Counted from the stretch's first letter, positions 1-14,155 are shown. The stretch: DNA of 64,000 bases from Gekko japonicus (GCF_001447785.1 NW_015176495.1:394478-458477), one strand, 5' to 3'. Notes: generated by a model from the sequence alone, not told the origin. Translations and numbers: made by a program.

Positions 1-190
1 GGCGGAACAACTCTGTTTTGCAGGCCCTGATCTCCAATGGGAGCTGATTCCGCCAGGGTAGAAAAAAATCCCCAGCCCTAGTCGAGGTTAAGCAGACGTC
101 CTTTGGGCCGGGGGTACCCAGTAAATGTTGGTCCTGTGAGCACAAGGCTCTTTGGGGCACATATGGGAAGAGGCAGTCCTTCAGATATGT
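1..190 (-). mobile_element. L2-type LINE 3' fragment
   Basis: Resembles the reverse complement of squamate L2 3' coding/UTR sequence (gggagctgattcc..., gaggcagtccttcagata). Confidence 0.5.
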
Positions 191-594
191 CGGTAGAAAA
201 CTTATTTCACATCAAGATAGGTTTTGCTGCATGACATAAAAATACATGTACATGACATTCCTGTCACTGTTTACATATTAACCGTACACCATACAGTAGA
301 GGCAGATGAAATTCATTTCTCAACCAGTTGATTTCAATTAAATGGAGCTTTTTAAAGCAATAATAAAGTTATAAGAAATTGAGAGGTTAAGTTTAGAATT
401 TAGCTTTTAGCTGTGGTGAAGACTTCATATTCATTTATATAATAAAACAATTTTGTCATCGCTTTCATGAGAAACTGCGAAGAGTTTACAGTTAGGTTTT
501 GTGGTACCAACAATTAGAAAAGGTTTCATTAAAATGTAAAACTCTGAAGGCTGAAACATAAGTCTGGGTGCTAAATTTTGGGCTAGCTTACAGA

Positions 595-892
595 GCCACA
601 GGAAGTGGTGGCGGCTACAAGCATGAACGGCTTCAAAAGGGAATTAGATAAGCATATGGAGTAGAGGTCCATCAGTGGCTATTAGCCACAAGGTATAGAT
701 AGGGACTCTGGGGCAAGTGATGCTCTGTCATCTTGGTGCTTGGGGGGGGTCAACAGTGGGAGGGCTTCTAATGTCCTGGCCCCACTGGTGGACCTCCTGA
801 TGGCACTGGTATTTCTAGCCACTGTGTGATACAGAGTGTTGGACTGGATGGGCCTTTGGCCTGATCCAACATTGGCATCTCTTATGTTCTTA
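595..892 (+). mobile_element. CR1 LINE 3' end
   Basis: ttcaaaaggggaattagataag... ending in ctcttatgttctta, the typical CR1 terminus. A similar decayed end lies at about 34130-34332. Confidence 0.75.
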
Positions 893-1226
893 ATATCTCC
901 AAAGGCATGTGTTAGGGTGTATGGAATAATTGGCACGTTTTAATCAATTCTCTAGTGTTTGCCACTGTACTGAATGCTAGATACTGGTTTAACTGCCTTG
1001 CTCCACTTTTCTAATTCTCCAGACCAGCAAGTCTCTTGGCCACTTGACTGGTCACCTACTGAAGAACTCCCCCCCCCCCATAAAAATATGTCTGTCTTCT
1101 AAGGTCCTGCTTGCCTGATGAGGATCCCATGACTCTTAAGGCATTTTACAGTAGAGTCCTCATTGTTCATTGCTCTAAAATAAGACAAAGATGTGATGAG
1201 GTCATTCCATGGATAGGTGTGCTATG

Positions 1227-1432
1227 CAGTGTTCCCTCTAAGCTGAGTTAGTGTGAGCGAGCTCACAGTTTTTTAGCCTCCAGCTCACACATTTTTGTCT
1301 TAGCTCAGGAACAATGGCTCCAGAGCAAACTAATTTATACAGTATCCAAATCGCTCACTCACAGCTTTAATGCCAGTAGCTCACCAAGTAGATTTTTTGC
1401 TCACAAGACTCCACAGCTTAGAGGGAGCACTC
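1227..1432. mobile_element. hAT-type MITE (same family as 52441-52646, opposite orientation)
   Basis: TIR CAGTGTTCCCTCTAAGCTG...CAGCTTAGAGGGAGCACT; near reverse complement of 52441-52646. Confidence 0.85.
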
Positions 1433-1959
1433 AACCGTTCTTGAAGTTTGCTAGAGGGACCTCCAAAAATTGGCATGGGGAGGCATTACAACCTGGCTCA
1501 GGACTTCTTTGAGGTCCAAACTACACTTCTACTACATGATTGCCACATGATTGCCACAGGGACTAGCAACAGGATGCCAGCTGTGAGTTTTCAAGAGAAC
1601 CCAATTCAGAAGAGCTGTGGGAGGCTCCTGTGTCCCTCATAATGACACAGACCCAATCAAAATCAGCCCCCTGCAGCACATGTGAACTGAAATATCATGG
1701 AGAACTTGCAGGTTATGTTCTGTTGCAAGTCCCCATGCAGATCACAAGGTAAATGCATTACATACTTGGCCCTGATTGACCCAGTGGCACAGAGAGCAAT
1801 CTTGCAGGAGACCCACACCACAGCCATGATTAAGAACCCAGTCTAAAATGGTCCAAGATGTTGTTAAGTATGTGTACAAAAGCACAAGGTGAAGGTAGTG
1901 GGTATCCTGGATAGTACTGACCATGTAATTTTGAAATTTACAGTCTTGGGGAAGGGGAA

Positions 1960-4278
1960 AGCTGTACGTAGTAGACATGTACCTTGGACTTCAGGAAAGT
2001 AAAATTTGACAAACTTAAAAGTTATGCTGGGTAGAATCCCATGGCCAGAAATACTTAAGGAGACGGGAGTTCAAGAAGGGTGGGAGTTTCTTAAAAGTGA
2101 AATATTGAGGGCACCATCATAAAAGATTCCTATGAGAAGGAAAATGGGAGGAGCCTAAAGAAGCCAAGGTGGGTCCATAAACAGCTTTCAACAGATTTGA
2201 GAAATTAAAAAGACTCATTTAGAAAATAGAAGGAAGGCCTTATAAATGATGAATATAAACAAATAACCAGTGTTGATAGAGAGAGTTAGGAAAGCTAAAG
2301 CTAGCTCAGTATGAGCTTAGACTGGCAAGAGATGCTAAAAACAACAGCAAAGACATGGTAGGCCCATTGTGGAGTCAGGAAAGTGAAATTGTAACAGATG
2401 ATGAAGAGAGGGCAAAACTGCTCAATTCCTACCTTTCTTCAGTATTCTCCAGAGAGGGAAACAGTGCTCAACATGGCAAAAACACATGATGAGGGAAAGG
2501 AGTTGTGGCCTAGGATTGGCATGGGGGTAGTGCATAAACACCTAGTTTCTTAAATGAAACTAACCCCTCAGGGCCAGGAGAATTGCATCCAAGGGTACTA
2601 AAATAATTCACGAATGTAATTTCTAAACCTCAGTCCATTATTTTTGAGAATTCTTGGAGTACAGGTGAGGTACCAGAAGATTGGAGGTGGGCAAATGTTG
2701 TCCCCAATTTCAAGAAGGGCAATAAGGAGGATCTGGGTAACTACCGACCTGTCAGCTTGGCATCTATACCTGGGAAAGTTCTATAACAAATCACCAAATA
2801 GTCGGTCCTTGAGCATTTAGAAAGGATGGCTGTGATCACTAAGAGCCAGCATGGGTTTGTGAAGAACAAGTCACGTCTGACTAACCTTATGTCTTTTTTT
2901 TTAGACAGTTACTACCCTTGCTGGAATGCTGTAGATATAGTTTAACTTGATTTCAGTAAGGCTTTTCATAAGGTTCCACATAATATTCTTGTTGACAAGT
3001 TGGTAAAATGTTGTTTGGATCCTATTGCTGTTAGGTGGATCTGTAACTGGTTGACAGATCACACACAAAGAGTGCCTGTTAATGGTTCCTCATCTTTTCG
3101 GAGAGGAGTGACAAGTGAAATGCCTCGGGGATCTGTCCTGGGACCTGTTTTGTTCAACATCTTTATCAATGATTTGGACGACGGAATAGAGGGAATGCTT
3201 ATTAAATTTGCAGATGATACTAAACTGGTATGAGCGGCAAATACGGCAGAAGACAGAATCAGGATACAGGATGATCTTGACAGGCCGCAAAACTGGGCTA
3301 AAACAAATTAAATGGAGATAAATGTAAACTTCTACATTTAGGTAGGAAAAATCAAATGCATCATTATAGGATGGGGGAGACTTGTCTTGGCAGTAGTATG
3401 TGTGAAAAGCATCTAGGGGTATTAGTAGACCATAAATTGAACATGAATCAGAAATGTGATGTGGTAGTTAAAATGGCAAATGTGATTTTGAACAGCGTAT
3501 AGAAGTACAGTGTCCAGATCATGTGAAGTGATGGTATCACTTTACTCTGCTCTGGTTATACCTCACCTAGATTACTGTGTTCTGTTTGGGGCAGCACAAT
3601 TTAAGAAGGATATATACAAGCTGGAACATGTCCAAAGGATGGCAACGAAGATGGTGAGGGGTCTGTAGACCAAGTCTTATGAGGAAAGGTTGAAGGAGCT
3701 GGGTATGTTTAGCCTGGAGAGGAGACAATGGAGAGGTGATCAGATAACCATCTTCAAGTACTTGAATGGCTATCATATACAGAATGGTTTTCTGTTGCCC
3801 CAGAGGGTCAGACCAGAACCAATGGGTTGAAATTAAATCAAAAGAGTTTTCGACTAAACATTAGGAAGAACTTCCTGACAGCAGTTTCTCAGTGGAACAG
3901 GCTTCCTCAGGAGGTGGTGGGCTCTCCTTCTTTGGAGGCTTTCAAACAGAAGCTAGGTAGTCATCTGACAGCAATGCTGATTCTGTGAACTTAGGCAAAT
4001 CACAAGAAGAGAGGGCAAAAAGGGTTGCATCGGTGCGTAGTTTTTGTTTCTTACACGGCCATAGATATACTGATTGCCACTTTGGGGTCAGGAAGCAATT
4101 GTTCTCTAGGCCAGTTTGGTAGGGATCTGGAGGAGGCTTTTTTTCTTCCCCTCTTCTAGGCATAGAGCAGGGGTCTCTGGGGGTGGAGGGGAGGTATTTG
4201 TGAATTTCTTGTATTGTGCAGGGGGTTGGACTAGATGACCCTGGAGGTCCCTTCCAACTCTATGATTCTAAGAATTCT
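1960..4278 (+). mobile_element. 5'-truncated CR1 LINE (degenerate ORF2 RT plus 3' UTR)
   Basis: Motifs [17 protein letters not shown] and KFADDTKL (ORF 3000..3233), ending ccttccaactctatgattcta. Confidence 0.95.
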
Positions 4279-5363
4279 CTATCCTATCACATGCACCAAG
4301 ACAGGAAGGCCTTACAGGTGATACTATTGAGATTTACCAAATTCCCTGTCTGGAGATGCTGCTGGACTCAGCATCAGACCCTCCACTGCTGCCATGAGAC
4401 ATGCAGCTCCCAGAGGCATTATCCCCACTGACAGAGAGGCCAGGTATGCCATTTCCCAGGGAACCTTTAAAGGCAGGTTCCTGGGTAACAGAGCCTTTAC
4501 CTAGCATCCCATCACCAAGCAGAGAAACCAGCTAGGGCCCAACACGGGAGTGGCCCAGAAAAGACAGCAGCCTCCACAGCCTCAGCAGAAGCCAGGGCAG
4601 AGACAGAGAGGCGTGTACAAAGGCAAGCCTCAGAAGAAGGTAGGACAGAGCCAGAGAAGACTGCATCAGGGCAAGTATACCCAACAGCAGCCCAGGCCCA
4701 TAGGCCTGGCCTTGAGTGGGCTAGGGAAAATCAGAAATAGGCACCTATCCCACCCAAGCCCTGGCATAACCAAGAGGGCAGGATGGAGGGTAGCTGTGAG
4801 GGAGAAGCCATCCAGTGCCGCAATATGAGGGACAGGGAAAGAGCAAATCATCGTCCTCCCTCAGAAAGAAGCTGGGTATGCCCAGGTATTTCCCAGGGAA
4901 CCTTTAAAGGCAGGTTCCAAGGAAAGGCCAAAGAGGAGGAGAAGACACAGCTCTGACATGGCAAGAGCTGTGGTCCCGGGGAAAGGAGAAGGAATAAATT
5001 AGTAGTGCAACCCCCTTTCCTTCCCCCCATACCTGAGACACCCAGAAAGATGGCAGAGGGCAAGCCAGGGGAGCTGGAGAGGGAGGAGCCTCACACTCTT
5101 CCTAGAAGCCAACAGCATAGGCACTAATCACTCAAAATATGTTTTCATAGCAATAGTAATTATTTCTTAGAACTGTGCAACAAAAATGAACAAAACGATC
5201 TAATAATAATGCTATAACAGTCAGAAGAACATTCCAATGGAACAAAGACCAATTGTCAATCATTCTACCTCACACAAAGAAGAGTATTTTATTCAGCCAT
5301 GTCCACCTTGGGATGAGAATATTTACAAACAAATGAAGTAATTAAAGGTTTGGTAGTGGAACA

Positions 5364-6128
5364 GTATCACACACCCCCATTGAGAGGGCACTTTCTTCCC
5401 AGACTTCCCCTGCCAGCTCACAGCCCTTTCAAGAAGCTGGGCAGAAACCTGTTTCCTGCCCCTCTCTCTTGGTAGCATGCCACCACCTCAGGGTTCATAA
5501 ACCTGCACCTCTCACTTAATGTCGCCTGAGGATTGACACCAAAGGGGAACCTTCTGTGGTGTTGCTTAATTGCAAGGCCATGAGTAACGAAGGGTGCAGA
5601 CTCTTTAGTTAAAAACAGCTTTATTACTACAAGGTACAACTCATAGTAACTACAAGACAGACCTAGGTACTAGTAAACAAAATAAAAGAACATGAAAGAA
5701 AGGTTACTGGCCAGTTAACTTTCAATCCATGGACATCTGGTTGAGCCTCATGGAGGCTGCATTGTGTTGCATCCCCCCAGGACCATATCTGCAAACAGCA
5801 TCCTTCTTCATTGCTCACATCAAATCCTTCTTCAAAGGAACTCTCTTCTCACACAAGTGTTCCTGATTCCAAACAAAGGAACAGCTCTTCTCTTCAGACC
5901 CCCTCCCACATGGGCTCCTGGGGCCTTGGCCAATCTGGGTGCCAAATCCCTGGCTTTAAATCCACCAGAATCTGGTTGCTCCAATCAAGAGAAGTTAACC
6001 CATCAAAGAGCTACTGTATTTCCCCTTTCGGTTGTAAATGATCCTCTCAATCCAGTGAAGTGTACCTTTTCCATACTCTGCCAGTTTCTGGGACCCCAGA
6101 TCAGCTTTCCATCTCTATAACTGTCACA
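5364..6128 (-). mobile_element. Probable solo LTR (decayed)
   Basis: Termini tatcacac.../...tgtcaca and a minus-strand AATAAA near 5620. No clean TSD. Confidence 0.4.
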
Positions 6129-6631
6129 ATGTATCTTGCCCATCTGCCTCTCATCCACAACAGGTTTCTATTTTAAAAATACATCGGGGTTCTGAGTAGC
6201 GTGGTTAACCACACTCCTCCACCAGTACATGTAGGGAAAAAAACACACACACATGCAAACATTCATCAATATATACTTTTTTTCTTTGTAATCTCTTGTG
6301 TGTTACAAATCACAAGGGAGAAACAGTTGGCTAGACATTTGTGATATGGGTTCTCCTCACTAAAGAAACAAATGCTTCAATTTGAAGTGTGTTTCCACTT
6401 GTTCTTAAGGGCAGTAACAAATATAGATAATTACAAGAGGGTTACAAGACAAGTAAAATTAATCTAGTGACAGGCATAATGCTAATATTATCCATTCCAA
6501 TAGAGAATCACTTGTACACGCCAACAAGTTAGGGAAAAGGATATTGTAAGACTTGCTAAATTCATTAATAAATCAGATGACAGTTATATTTCACAGAAAC
6601 ACCTGCATATTTATCTTCTCATTATCAATTG

Positions 6632-6907
6632 NNNNNNNNNNNNNNNNNNNNNNNNNNNNNNNNNNNNNNNNNNNNNNNNNNNNNNNNNNNNNNNNNNNNN
6701 NNNNNNNNNNNNNNNNNNNNNNNNNNNNNNNNNNNNNNNNNNNNNNNNNNNNNNNNNNNNNNNNNNNNNNNNNNNNNNNNNNNNNNNNNNNNNNNNNNNN
6801 NNNNNNNNNNNNNNNNNNNNNNNNNNNNNNNNNNNNNNNNNNNNNNNNNNNNNNNNNNNNNNNNNNNNNNNNNNNNNNNNNNNNNNNNNNNNNNNNNNNN
6901 NNNNNNN
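6632..6907. other. Assembly gap (others at 19090-19122, 24340-24492 and 62647-62990)
   Basis: Runs of N. Confidence 1.
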
Positions 6908-7434
6908 CCTACGCAAGTAGAGTCATAATAGCAGTAATGATCCCCCCAATCAGGAGATCCTGTGTCACACAAGGCTTTTTTGCAATGCAGCAGCTGATTT
7001 CCTGACTTCTTAATTCCTGGGCTCAACCCAGTGAGAGCCCTTCATGCCAATATTTCAGTCAGAAATATATGTTTAATGGGAATCTATTAAAATACCTAGA
7101 ACAAAAGTGACTTTTTGTTAAGAATGACAGCACTGCGATCATATCAATCATTACTAGTTTTTAGACCTGTGTGATGAAATGAAATGAGAGAATTTTTATA
7201 AGGTGGTTAGCAAAGAAAAGAGAATTAAAAATGTATTCCTTATTGCTTTCTATTATTAATATTTTGTTTTTTGAGTTCACCAGCTCTTCACTAAAGATGG
7301 TGAAGATAATGGTTACATCAAACTTCATTCTTCACTAATCCAGAGTGTTGAAAATATATACACAATGTGCTTGAACCAGTGATGAACACTTGCACATCTA
7401 AGTGCCAGAGGGCAATCACCAAATCCTGAGGAAC

Positions 7435-7900
7435 ATTTGTTTATTTACAAAATTGATATCCTACCTTTCTACCCAACCAGGGCCACCAAGGTAGAAGACA
7501 ATTGAAAACAAAATATTTTTAAAGAGCATCCAATTAAAACCAAAGCTAAAATACATCTATAAGACACAAGGACAGCAATTAAAATACAGCAGGAAGGAGG
7601 GGTAACTGAGAGAATCCCAGTGAAAACAAAGACGTTTACACACTGGTTGAAGAGTGATAAAAGAGAATATTCCTGGGAAGATCCATAATTGTGGTGCCAC
7701 AACCAAGAAGGCCCTCTCTTGGACCTAACCTCAAAAAGTGGGGGCACCCATAGCAGGGCCTCAGAAGATGGCTTTAGTAATCAGGTAGGTTCATATGGGA
7801 GTACTGTATAGCACTTTAAAGGTCAACACCAGAACCTGGAATTTGGTCTGGAAGCCAACAGAGACAGGATCAAGACTGAAGCAATATAGTCCCTGTAATA
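7435..7900 (-). mobile_element. L2-type LINE 3' fragment
   Basis: tttattt tail, ccaggccaccaagg and L2-like gcactttaaaggtcaacaccagaacctggaattt. Confidence 0.55.
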
Positions 7901-8029
7901 GAGTAGCACAGGTGCTTCAAGTGTATCTTGTAATGAAACAGGACTTCTTTATTACAGATTTAGCATATGAATTTAAGGAACCTCATAGTATGAAAATATA
8001 TGTAGTAACACATTCATGGTGGGAAGACC

Positions 8030-8177
8030 TGTTAAGCTGCAGCCAATTTATGGCAACCCCATAGGGCTTTCAGTGCAAGAGATGAACAAAGGTGGTTTGC
8101 CATTGCCTGCCTCTGCAACCTTGGACTTTGTTGGTGGTATTCCATCCACATACTAACCAGATTAGGCAGACTGTGCT
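8030..8177 (-). mobile_element. 5S-derived SINE fragment (RTE-type tail)
   Basis: Similar to 42836-42890 and 43545-43707 (ttatggcaacccc...ggtggtttgccattgcc...catccacatactaaccag). Confidence 0.6.
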
Positions 8178-10186
8178 CGTTGAGAGCACGGAAAACATCA
8201 AGGGAGACCGGGCACAGGTAGCTGCATTTCTTTCCTGTGTTTTCTTCCCAGTCTCGGGGCTCTCCCCTTCTCAACGCCGTGGAAGAGCCAGGAGGGCACC
8301 GACGGACCTGGGAAACCCCCGGGGAAGTGCGACGCTGGCAAGACCCCGGCTGCTTTCGTCAGTTGGAAGGGGGACTGGCGTGCTAAGCTCCGCTCTCTCT
8401 GCACACAAAGAGTTGCTAGGAGGCAAGCGGCGGGGTCTCCTGTGACGGCACAGCGGACTACAGCCGGCGCTGATCGCCTTCATCCAAATCCCTGTCCCTG
8501 AGTCGATGTGGGAGGCTGGAAGGGAACACCTGCAGTGGTACAGTAAGCGAAGCAGTCATCCCTCGGAGGGTACCTGTTTTTACCCGACGCGACTCCATTC
8601 CCCCGCCCTCACCCCCCCAGGAGACATTATGGGTGCGGGGCTTGGAGAGACACAGGTTTGTTTTTCCTTTTTTTCCCTAACCCCCCCCCTCCATACTACT
8701 ACACAGAAATAAAAATTTTAAAAGAAATCCAATGGAGAATGTGAGAGAAAAGGAAAGAATACATGGAACTTACAAATATCTTGAGAAACAATGAAATTCC
8801 ATATAGATGGCTAGTCCCAGAAGGCATTCTATTTACTTACAAGGGGAAAAGATACAGAATTAACTCAATTTTCAAAGCAGAAGACTTCATTAAAACCTAT
8901 GAAGAAGATTTGAACACTGAAGAAGAACAACCAGAGAACACAGAAGATGATAACCAAGATTCACAAGGAGCATCAGAGACAACAAAAAACCCCAAAAGAG
9001 CGACCAGAAAAACCGTAAAGATTACATCATCCCAAATTGTTACAAGACTTAAACTGAAGAATAAAGACACCAAAACACAATCACAAGATGGATAGAAGAA
9101 AAATAAAGATAATTTCAATAAATGTCAGTGGATTGAATGCACCCAAAAAAGAAGACATATTTCAACAATTGAAAAAGATGCAATTATATGTCATATGGCT
9201 ACAAGAAACACATAAAATATTCAGATCAGAAACATTTGGAAATTTAAAAATTTGGGAAGTATTTATTTCTTCAAATAAGAAAAAGAAAAAAGAGGTGTAG
9301 TGACATATGTGAAAGAACACTTATACTGTGAGTTGTTATACAGTTCTGAAGATGGTAGAATCTTGATAGTTCAAATACAAAGACAAGGCAAAATAGCCCT
9401 GATTGTAAATATCTATGCACCAAATCAACATCAAGAAAATTTTTACAAACTCCTACAAGAACTCATTTCACAACAAAATCCTGATGAAATCTGCCTGATT
9501 GGAGACTGCAATGCTGTATTTGATGACTTTTATACAAAAAAACCAACTGGAAAACAGAAACAAGGAAATGAACTTTCCAACACTTTTTTACAACTGGCAG
9601 AAGAACATAATTTGGTATTCAGGAAGGCACAAGTAATGGTCAAGAACAGATATGTGCTGGATTTCAACAATTATTAATGACTTATTAGAAGTGGAGATAT
9701 AACCAGCAACTTTTGCAGACCACAATCTTGTTATGCTTACACTACAAGACACACCAAAGAGGAGCAGATGGACCTTAAATACATTTTTATTGAAGAATGA
9801 AAAATTTGTAACAGAAACTAAAAAAGAATTTCAAATATTTTTTTAACAAAATATTCAACCAGATATTTCTATTAGAGTAGTATGGGATGCATTCAAGGCT
9901 TTTGCCAGAGGTTGGATAATCAGAGAAGCTGCATATATTAAAAAACAAAAGACAGAAAAATTTATACAAATCAAGGATCAAATCAGGAAACAGGAAGAAA
10001 AGATAAAACAAGACCCTTCAAATGAAGATACAAGAACAAAATTAAAGCTACTACAACATCAAATGAATTTTCTGTTAATGCAAGAAATAGCCAAAAAATT
10101 ATGTATGCAAAACAAAATTATTTTGAAAATGATAATAAACCAACTAGATGGCTAGCAAACAAATTACAGAAAGAAAAAGAAAAAAA

Positions 10187-11346
10187 ATCCTCCTTTATAG
10201 AACAGGTTTCTAGTTTTAACTATCTGGGGGTTCTGTTCCAGGAAAATGGCTCAAGATATAGCAATATAAGCATGGCAACATTAAAGGCCAGCAGGAGTGC
10301 TGGGGCTATCCAGAAATTTTATTGGCATAAAGGGAGTAAATGCATAATAGCAGCCCTCCATTTGTTCAAAGTCAAATCTCTTAGCCAACTCACTTTTGGT
10401 GCCCCCTTTAATATCACTTCAAATTTTTAAAAACTGGAGGCCGTTCAATCTAAGTTTCTAAGAACAGTCCTCCAAGTTCCCCCTGGTACTTCAAATGCCT
10501 TGATCAGAATAGAAACAGGCATGATCCTGGTGGAGGCAAAGCTTTGGATGCTGGCCATTCAATACTGGTTGAAACTTTCTTTTTTTCCTAAAGGGTTGGT
10601 AAGTTTAATTTTCCAGAATACCTTTGTCCCGCCTTGGCTAAGGGTCATCGGGAAAAAACTTTCTCAACTTGGCCTCTCAAAACAATTTCTTAGCTTTCTC
10701 ACATACAACAAAGCGAGAGAGTTAGTGAGACAGAGAATCCAGAACATATCTAGACAGGAGGATCTTAATAACTCATGCAAATAGCGAGCCCTTTTAGAAC
10801 CATTGTATAAGGTAGTGCCTATGCCCTATCTTTTTTATCTAGAAAATCATGAGTTAAGGAGAACGTTTACCCTCATGAGGTGGGATGCCCTCCCTTCAGC
10901 GGTTACAGAGGGGAGGTTTAATTTAAAAAAAAACTTGCTGATTGTATATGTTGCTGCTGCAATGACGGAATTGAAACCTTAATGCATGTTATATATGACT
11001 GCAGGGCATATAGCCACTTTTGTGATATTCTCCCACTCTCTACAACTACTCTATCCTCAACTAGTCAAAAGATGCAATTGCTGAAGAACCTCCTAGAAAG
11101 TAGGTGCCCCAAGGTTACAGCTAAACTTGCCAAATTTGGCTGGTTACCTGGAAGGACTAGAAAGCTCCTAGTGAAAGACGAATAGATGTAATTTGTCACA
11201 GGACTTAATGGATTTTACATGCATGCTCTATTTGATATTCATTTTATATATTTCATTTATGCTTGTGGTTGTGTGAATTTAGTTTGAGTTAGTTTGTTGT
11301 ATTAGAGTGATGGCTTTTTGCTGTGAATAAATTTGTTCTTGTTGTA
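10187..11346 (+). mobile_element. RTE-X-like LINE 3' portion inserted into L1 ORF2
   Basis: FNYLGVLF...DALPSAVTEGRF...C-x-C...HVIYDC and a short-repeat tail after aataaa. Highly similar to 54571-55205. L1 ORF2 resumes after it. The clade call is from recollection. Confidence 0.8.
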
Positions 11347-14123
11347 TAAAAATTTTGAGAGATAATGAAGAGGAAGAAAATTTTTTACCTAAAGACTTGA
11401 AAAAGATTATTGAAGCCTTATATGAGAAGTTATATTAAAAAAGAGAAGACACATATGAGGAAATTAAAGACTTTTTTAAAAAGCACAATGGTAAAAAAAT
11501 TACTGAAGAACAAAGAAAATTTTTAAATGATCCAATTTTCTGAACTAACAAAAGCATTAAAAAAGAAAGAAAAAAAGGCAAGACTCCAGTTCCTGATGGC
11601 CTTCCGGCAGAATTTTACTGTCTTTGAAGATCAACTGATAATACCTTTAAAACTTGTAATACAGAATATAATAACTGAAGAAAAAATACAAAAAACTTGG
11701 AATGCAGCACTGATAACTTTGATACATACACAGAATACAGATGAGAAAGGAATTAAAAATTATAGGCCAATTTCATTATTAAATGTGGATTATAAAATTT
11801 ATGCCTCTATTTTGGCTTTGTTACGCATTGTTACGAATAATTCATCCAGACCAAGCAGGGGTTTTTTTTTACCAAAAAGACAACTTAGAAGCAATGTAAG
11901 AACTATATTAAATATAACTGAATACTTTGAAGCCCACCCAGAGAAACAGATGGCCTTGATTTTTTTAGATGCTGAAGAAGCTTTTGATAATGCCAGTTGG
12001 AACTTTATATTGGAACAACTATTAACTTCACAATGTGGCAAAGAATTTTTTACAATGATTAGAACAATTTACACAAAAGAACAAGCAACGGTTCTTGTTA
12101 ATGGAGATATATCACAAAATACTGAGATACAAAAGGGAACCAGACAAGGGTGCCCACTTTCACCATTATTATTTATATTTGTGCTTGAAATATTGAATAT
12201 GACCAGAGAAGACACTGTTATTAAAGGATTCAAAATAAGAGGAGAAGAATACAAATTGCAAGCATTTGCAGATGACTTGGTATTTATTTTAGAAAATCCA
12301 TTGGACTCCATTACGCAATTATTAGAAACATTGCAAAAATATGGTCAAGTCGCTGAACTGAAAATTAATTTCAACAAAACAAAGTTGTTAACGAAAAATG
12401 TGACTAAAGTCAAAACACAACAGTTACAAGAAATAGCGGGTTTAGAAGTTAAGAAAAAGGTGAAATATTTAGGAATAAACATAACAAATAGATGTAGTTC
12501 CTTGGTGAAAGACAACTACATGGAACTTATATTGGATATTTTAAAAAAAATTGGAAAAATTTACAAATATCCCTGATGGGAAGAATAGCTACAACAAAAA
12601 TGAATATTTTACCAAGATTGATCTTCCTATTTCAAACAATTCCAATTCTTCAAAATCAAAAATATTACAAAGAATTTGATAAACTGATGATACAATTTAT
12701 ATGGCAAAACAAGAAACCAAGAACAAAATTGAAAGTGTTGCAAGATGCAAAAGAGCGAGCAGGATTTGCATTCCAGACTGGTTTTTATATTATAAAGCTT
12801 CATCATTGACATGGTCAAAGAATGGATTACATTAGAAAACACTAGACTATTACATTAGAGGGACACGAATTATTATTGGGATGGCACACTTTAATTTGTT
12901 ATAGGAAAGCTGATACTCAAATATTTTAAACATTTTATTAGAAGATCCCTATTAAAGATATGGGAAGAAGTTAAAAGACTTTTCTATACTAAGATACCAA
13001 AATGGACTTCACCATTAGAAGCATTTACAAACCCAAACTTACTTCAAAAAATGTACTTTTAAGATATGTAGTGTTGTTGGACAGTAAAAATGAATTGAAA
13101 CCAACAGAAAATCTTAATTTAAGTTGGTGGGAAAGAGGTCAAAGAGAATCAAGGGCCCCGGTCAAGATATGCTAAAGACAAGCAAATAGGTTTTTATTAA
13201 AAAAACAGAAATTGATAAGATATTGTTATATACGGATGAGAAATTGATTAAGAAATTATATGTAGTTTTTGTCGTTTACAGAAAATGCAAATAAAAAAAT
13301 CCCCTTCGGGGACACACACACAAAAAAGAAATTATATGTAATAATGTTGGAAAATAAAACACAAGATGAAATAGTTAAAAATTCTATGGTCCAATGGGTG
13401 CAAACTTTAGGTCATAATATTGATTTAGACCAATGGTCACAGGTATGGGGAAAACATAAAGTTTACTAAAGCAACTATTTATAAAGAAAATATTTATAAA
13501 ATGTTTTATAGATGGTATATTACTCCAGATAAATTAGCAAAATTTTATCCTGACCTACCAAATGATTGTTGGAAGTGCCATAAAAATTTTGGTTCCATTT
13601 TTTAATTGTGGTGGATGTGTGGTAGAGTTAAAAAATATTGGTCTTGGATTTATGAATTGTTACAAAAATGTTAAAATGTACTATACCCTATATGCCAGAA
13701 TTGTTTTTATTGAATATATTACCAGAAAATTGTAAAAAGCAAGATGTTTTGAAGTGTAGTGACAGCTATAAGAATATTACATGCCAAATACCGGAGGAAG
13801 AATGAAATACCTTCAAAAGCAGAAATCTTAAATAAAATACTTGAAACTGCAAAGATGGACAAAATTAACTTTAATTTTGAGAGGACAAAACGAACAAAGA
13901 TTTGAGAACACATGGTCAAGGTTTTATAAGTGGATGGAAGAACACAATAAATAAAACATACGGACATACAATCGAATCAGAAGAAAATATAAACTATATT
14001 TTTAGTTACAAAGTTTTATTCAAACTTACATGGTGTGAAAAAATTAAGAAACAAAATATATAATTAGATATTGTATGAGGTAATTTAATAGAAAAAATAA
14101 CTTGCTAAATGTAATCCCCAATT

Positions 14124-14155
<32 letters not shown>

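Noticed and set aside
4550-4828. Gln/Lys-rich 92-aa ORF
   Set aside because: It arises from purine-biased repeat-like sequence, with no splice or homology support.
6553-7026. ORFs spanning N-runs (also around 24165-24765 and 62596-63082)
   Set aside because: Artefacts of assembly gaps.
8178-8700. CpG island as the promoter of a nested host gene
   Set aside because: It lies directly 5' of L1 ORF1/ORF2 and is better explained as the L1 5' UTR internal promoter.
11527-12576. 349-aa ORF as an intact or domesticated reverse transcriptase
   Set aside because: It is a piece of L1 ORF2 with apparent internal frameshift damage, surrounded by stops and nested insertions.
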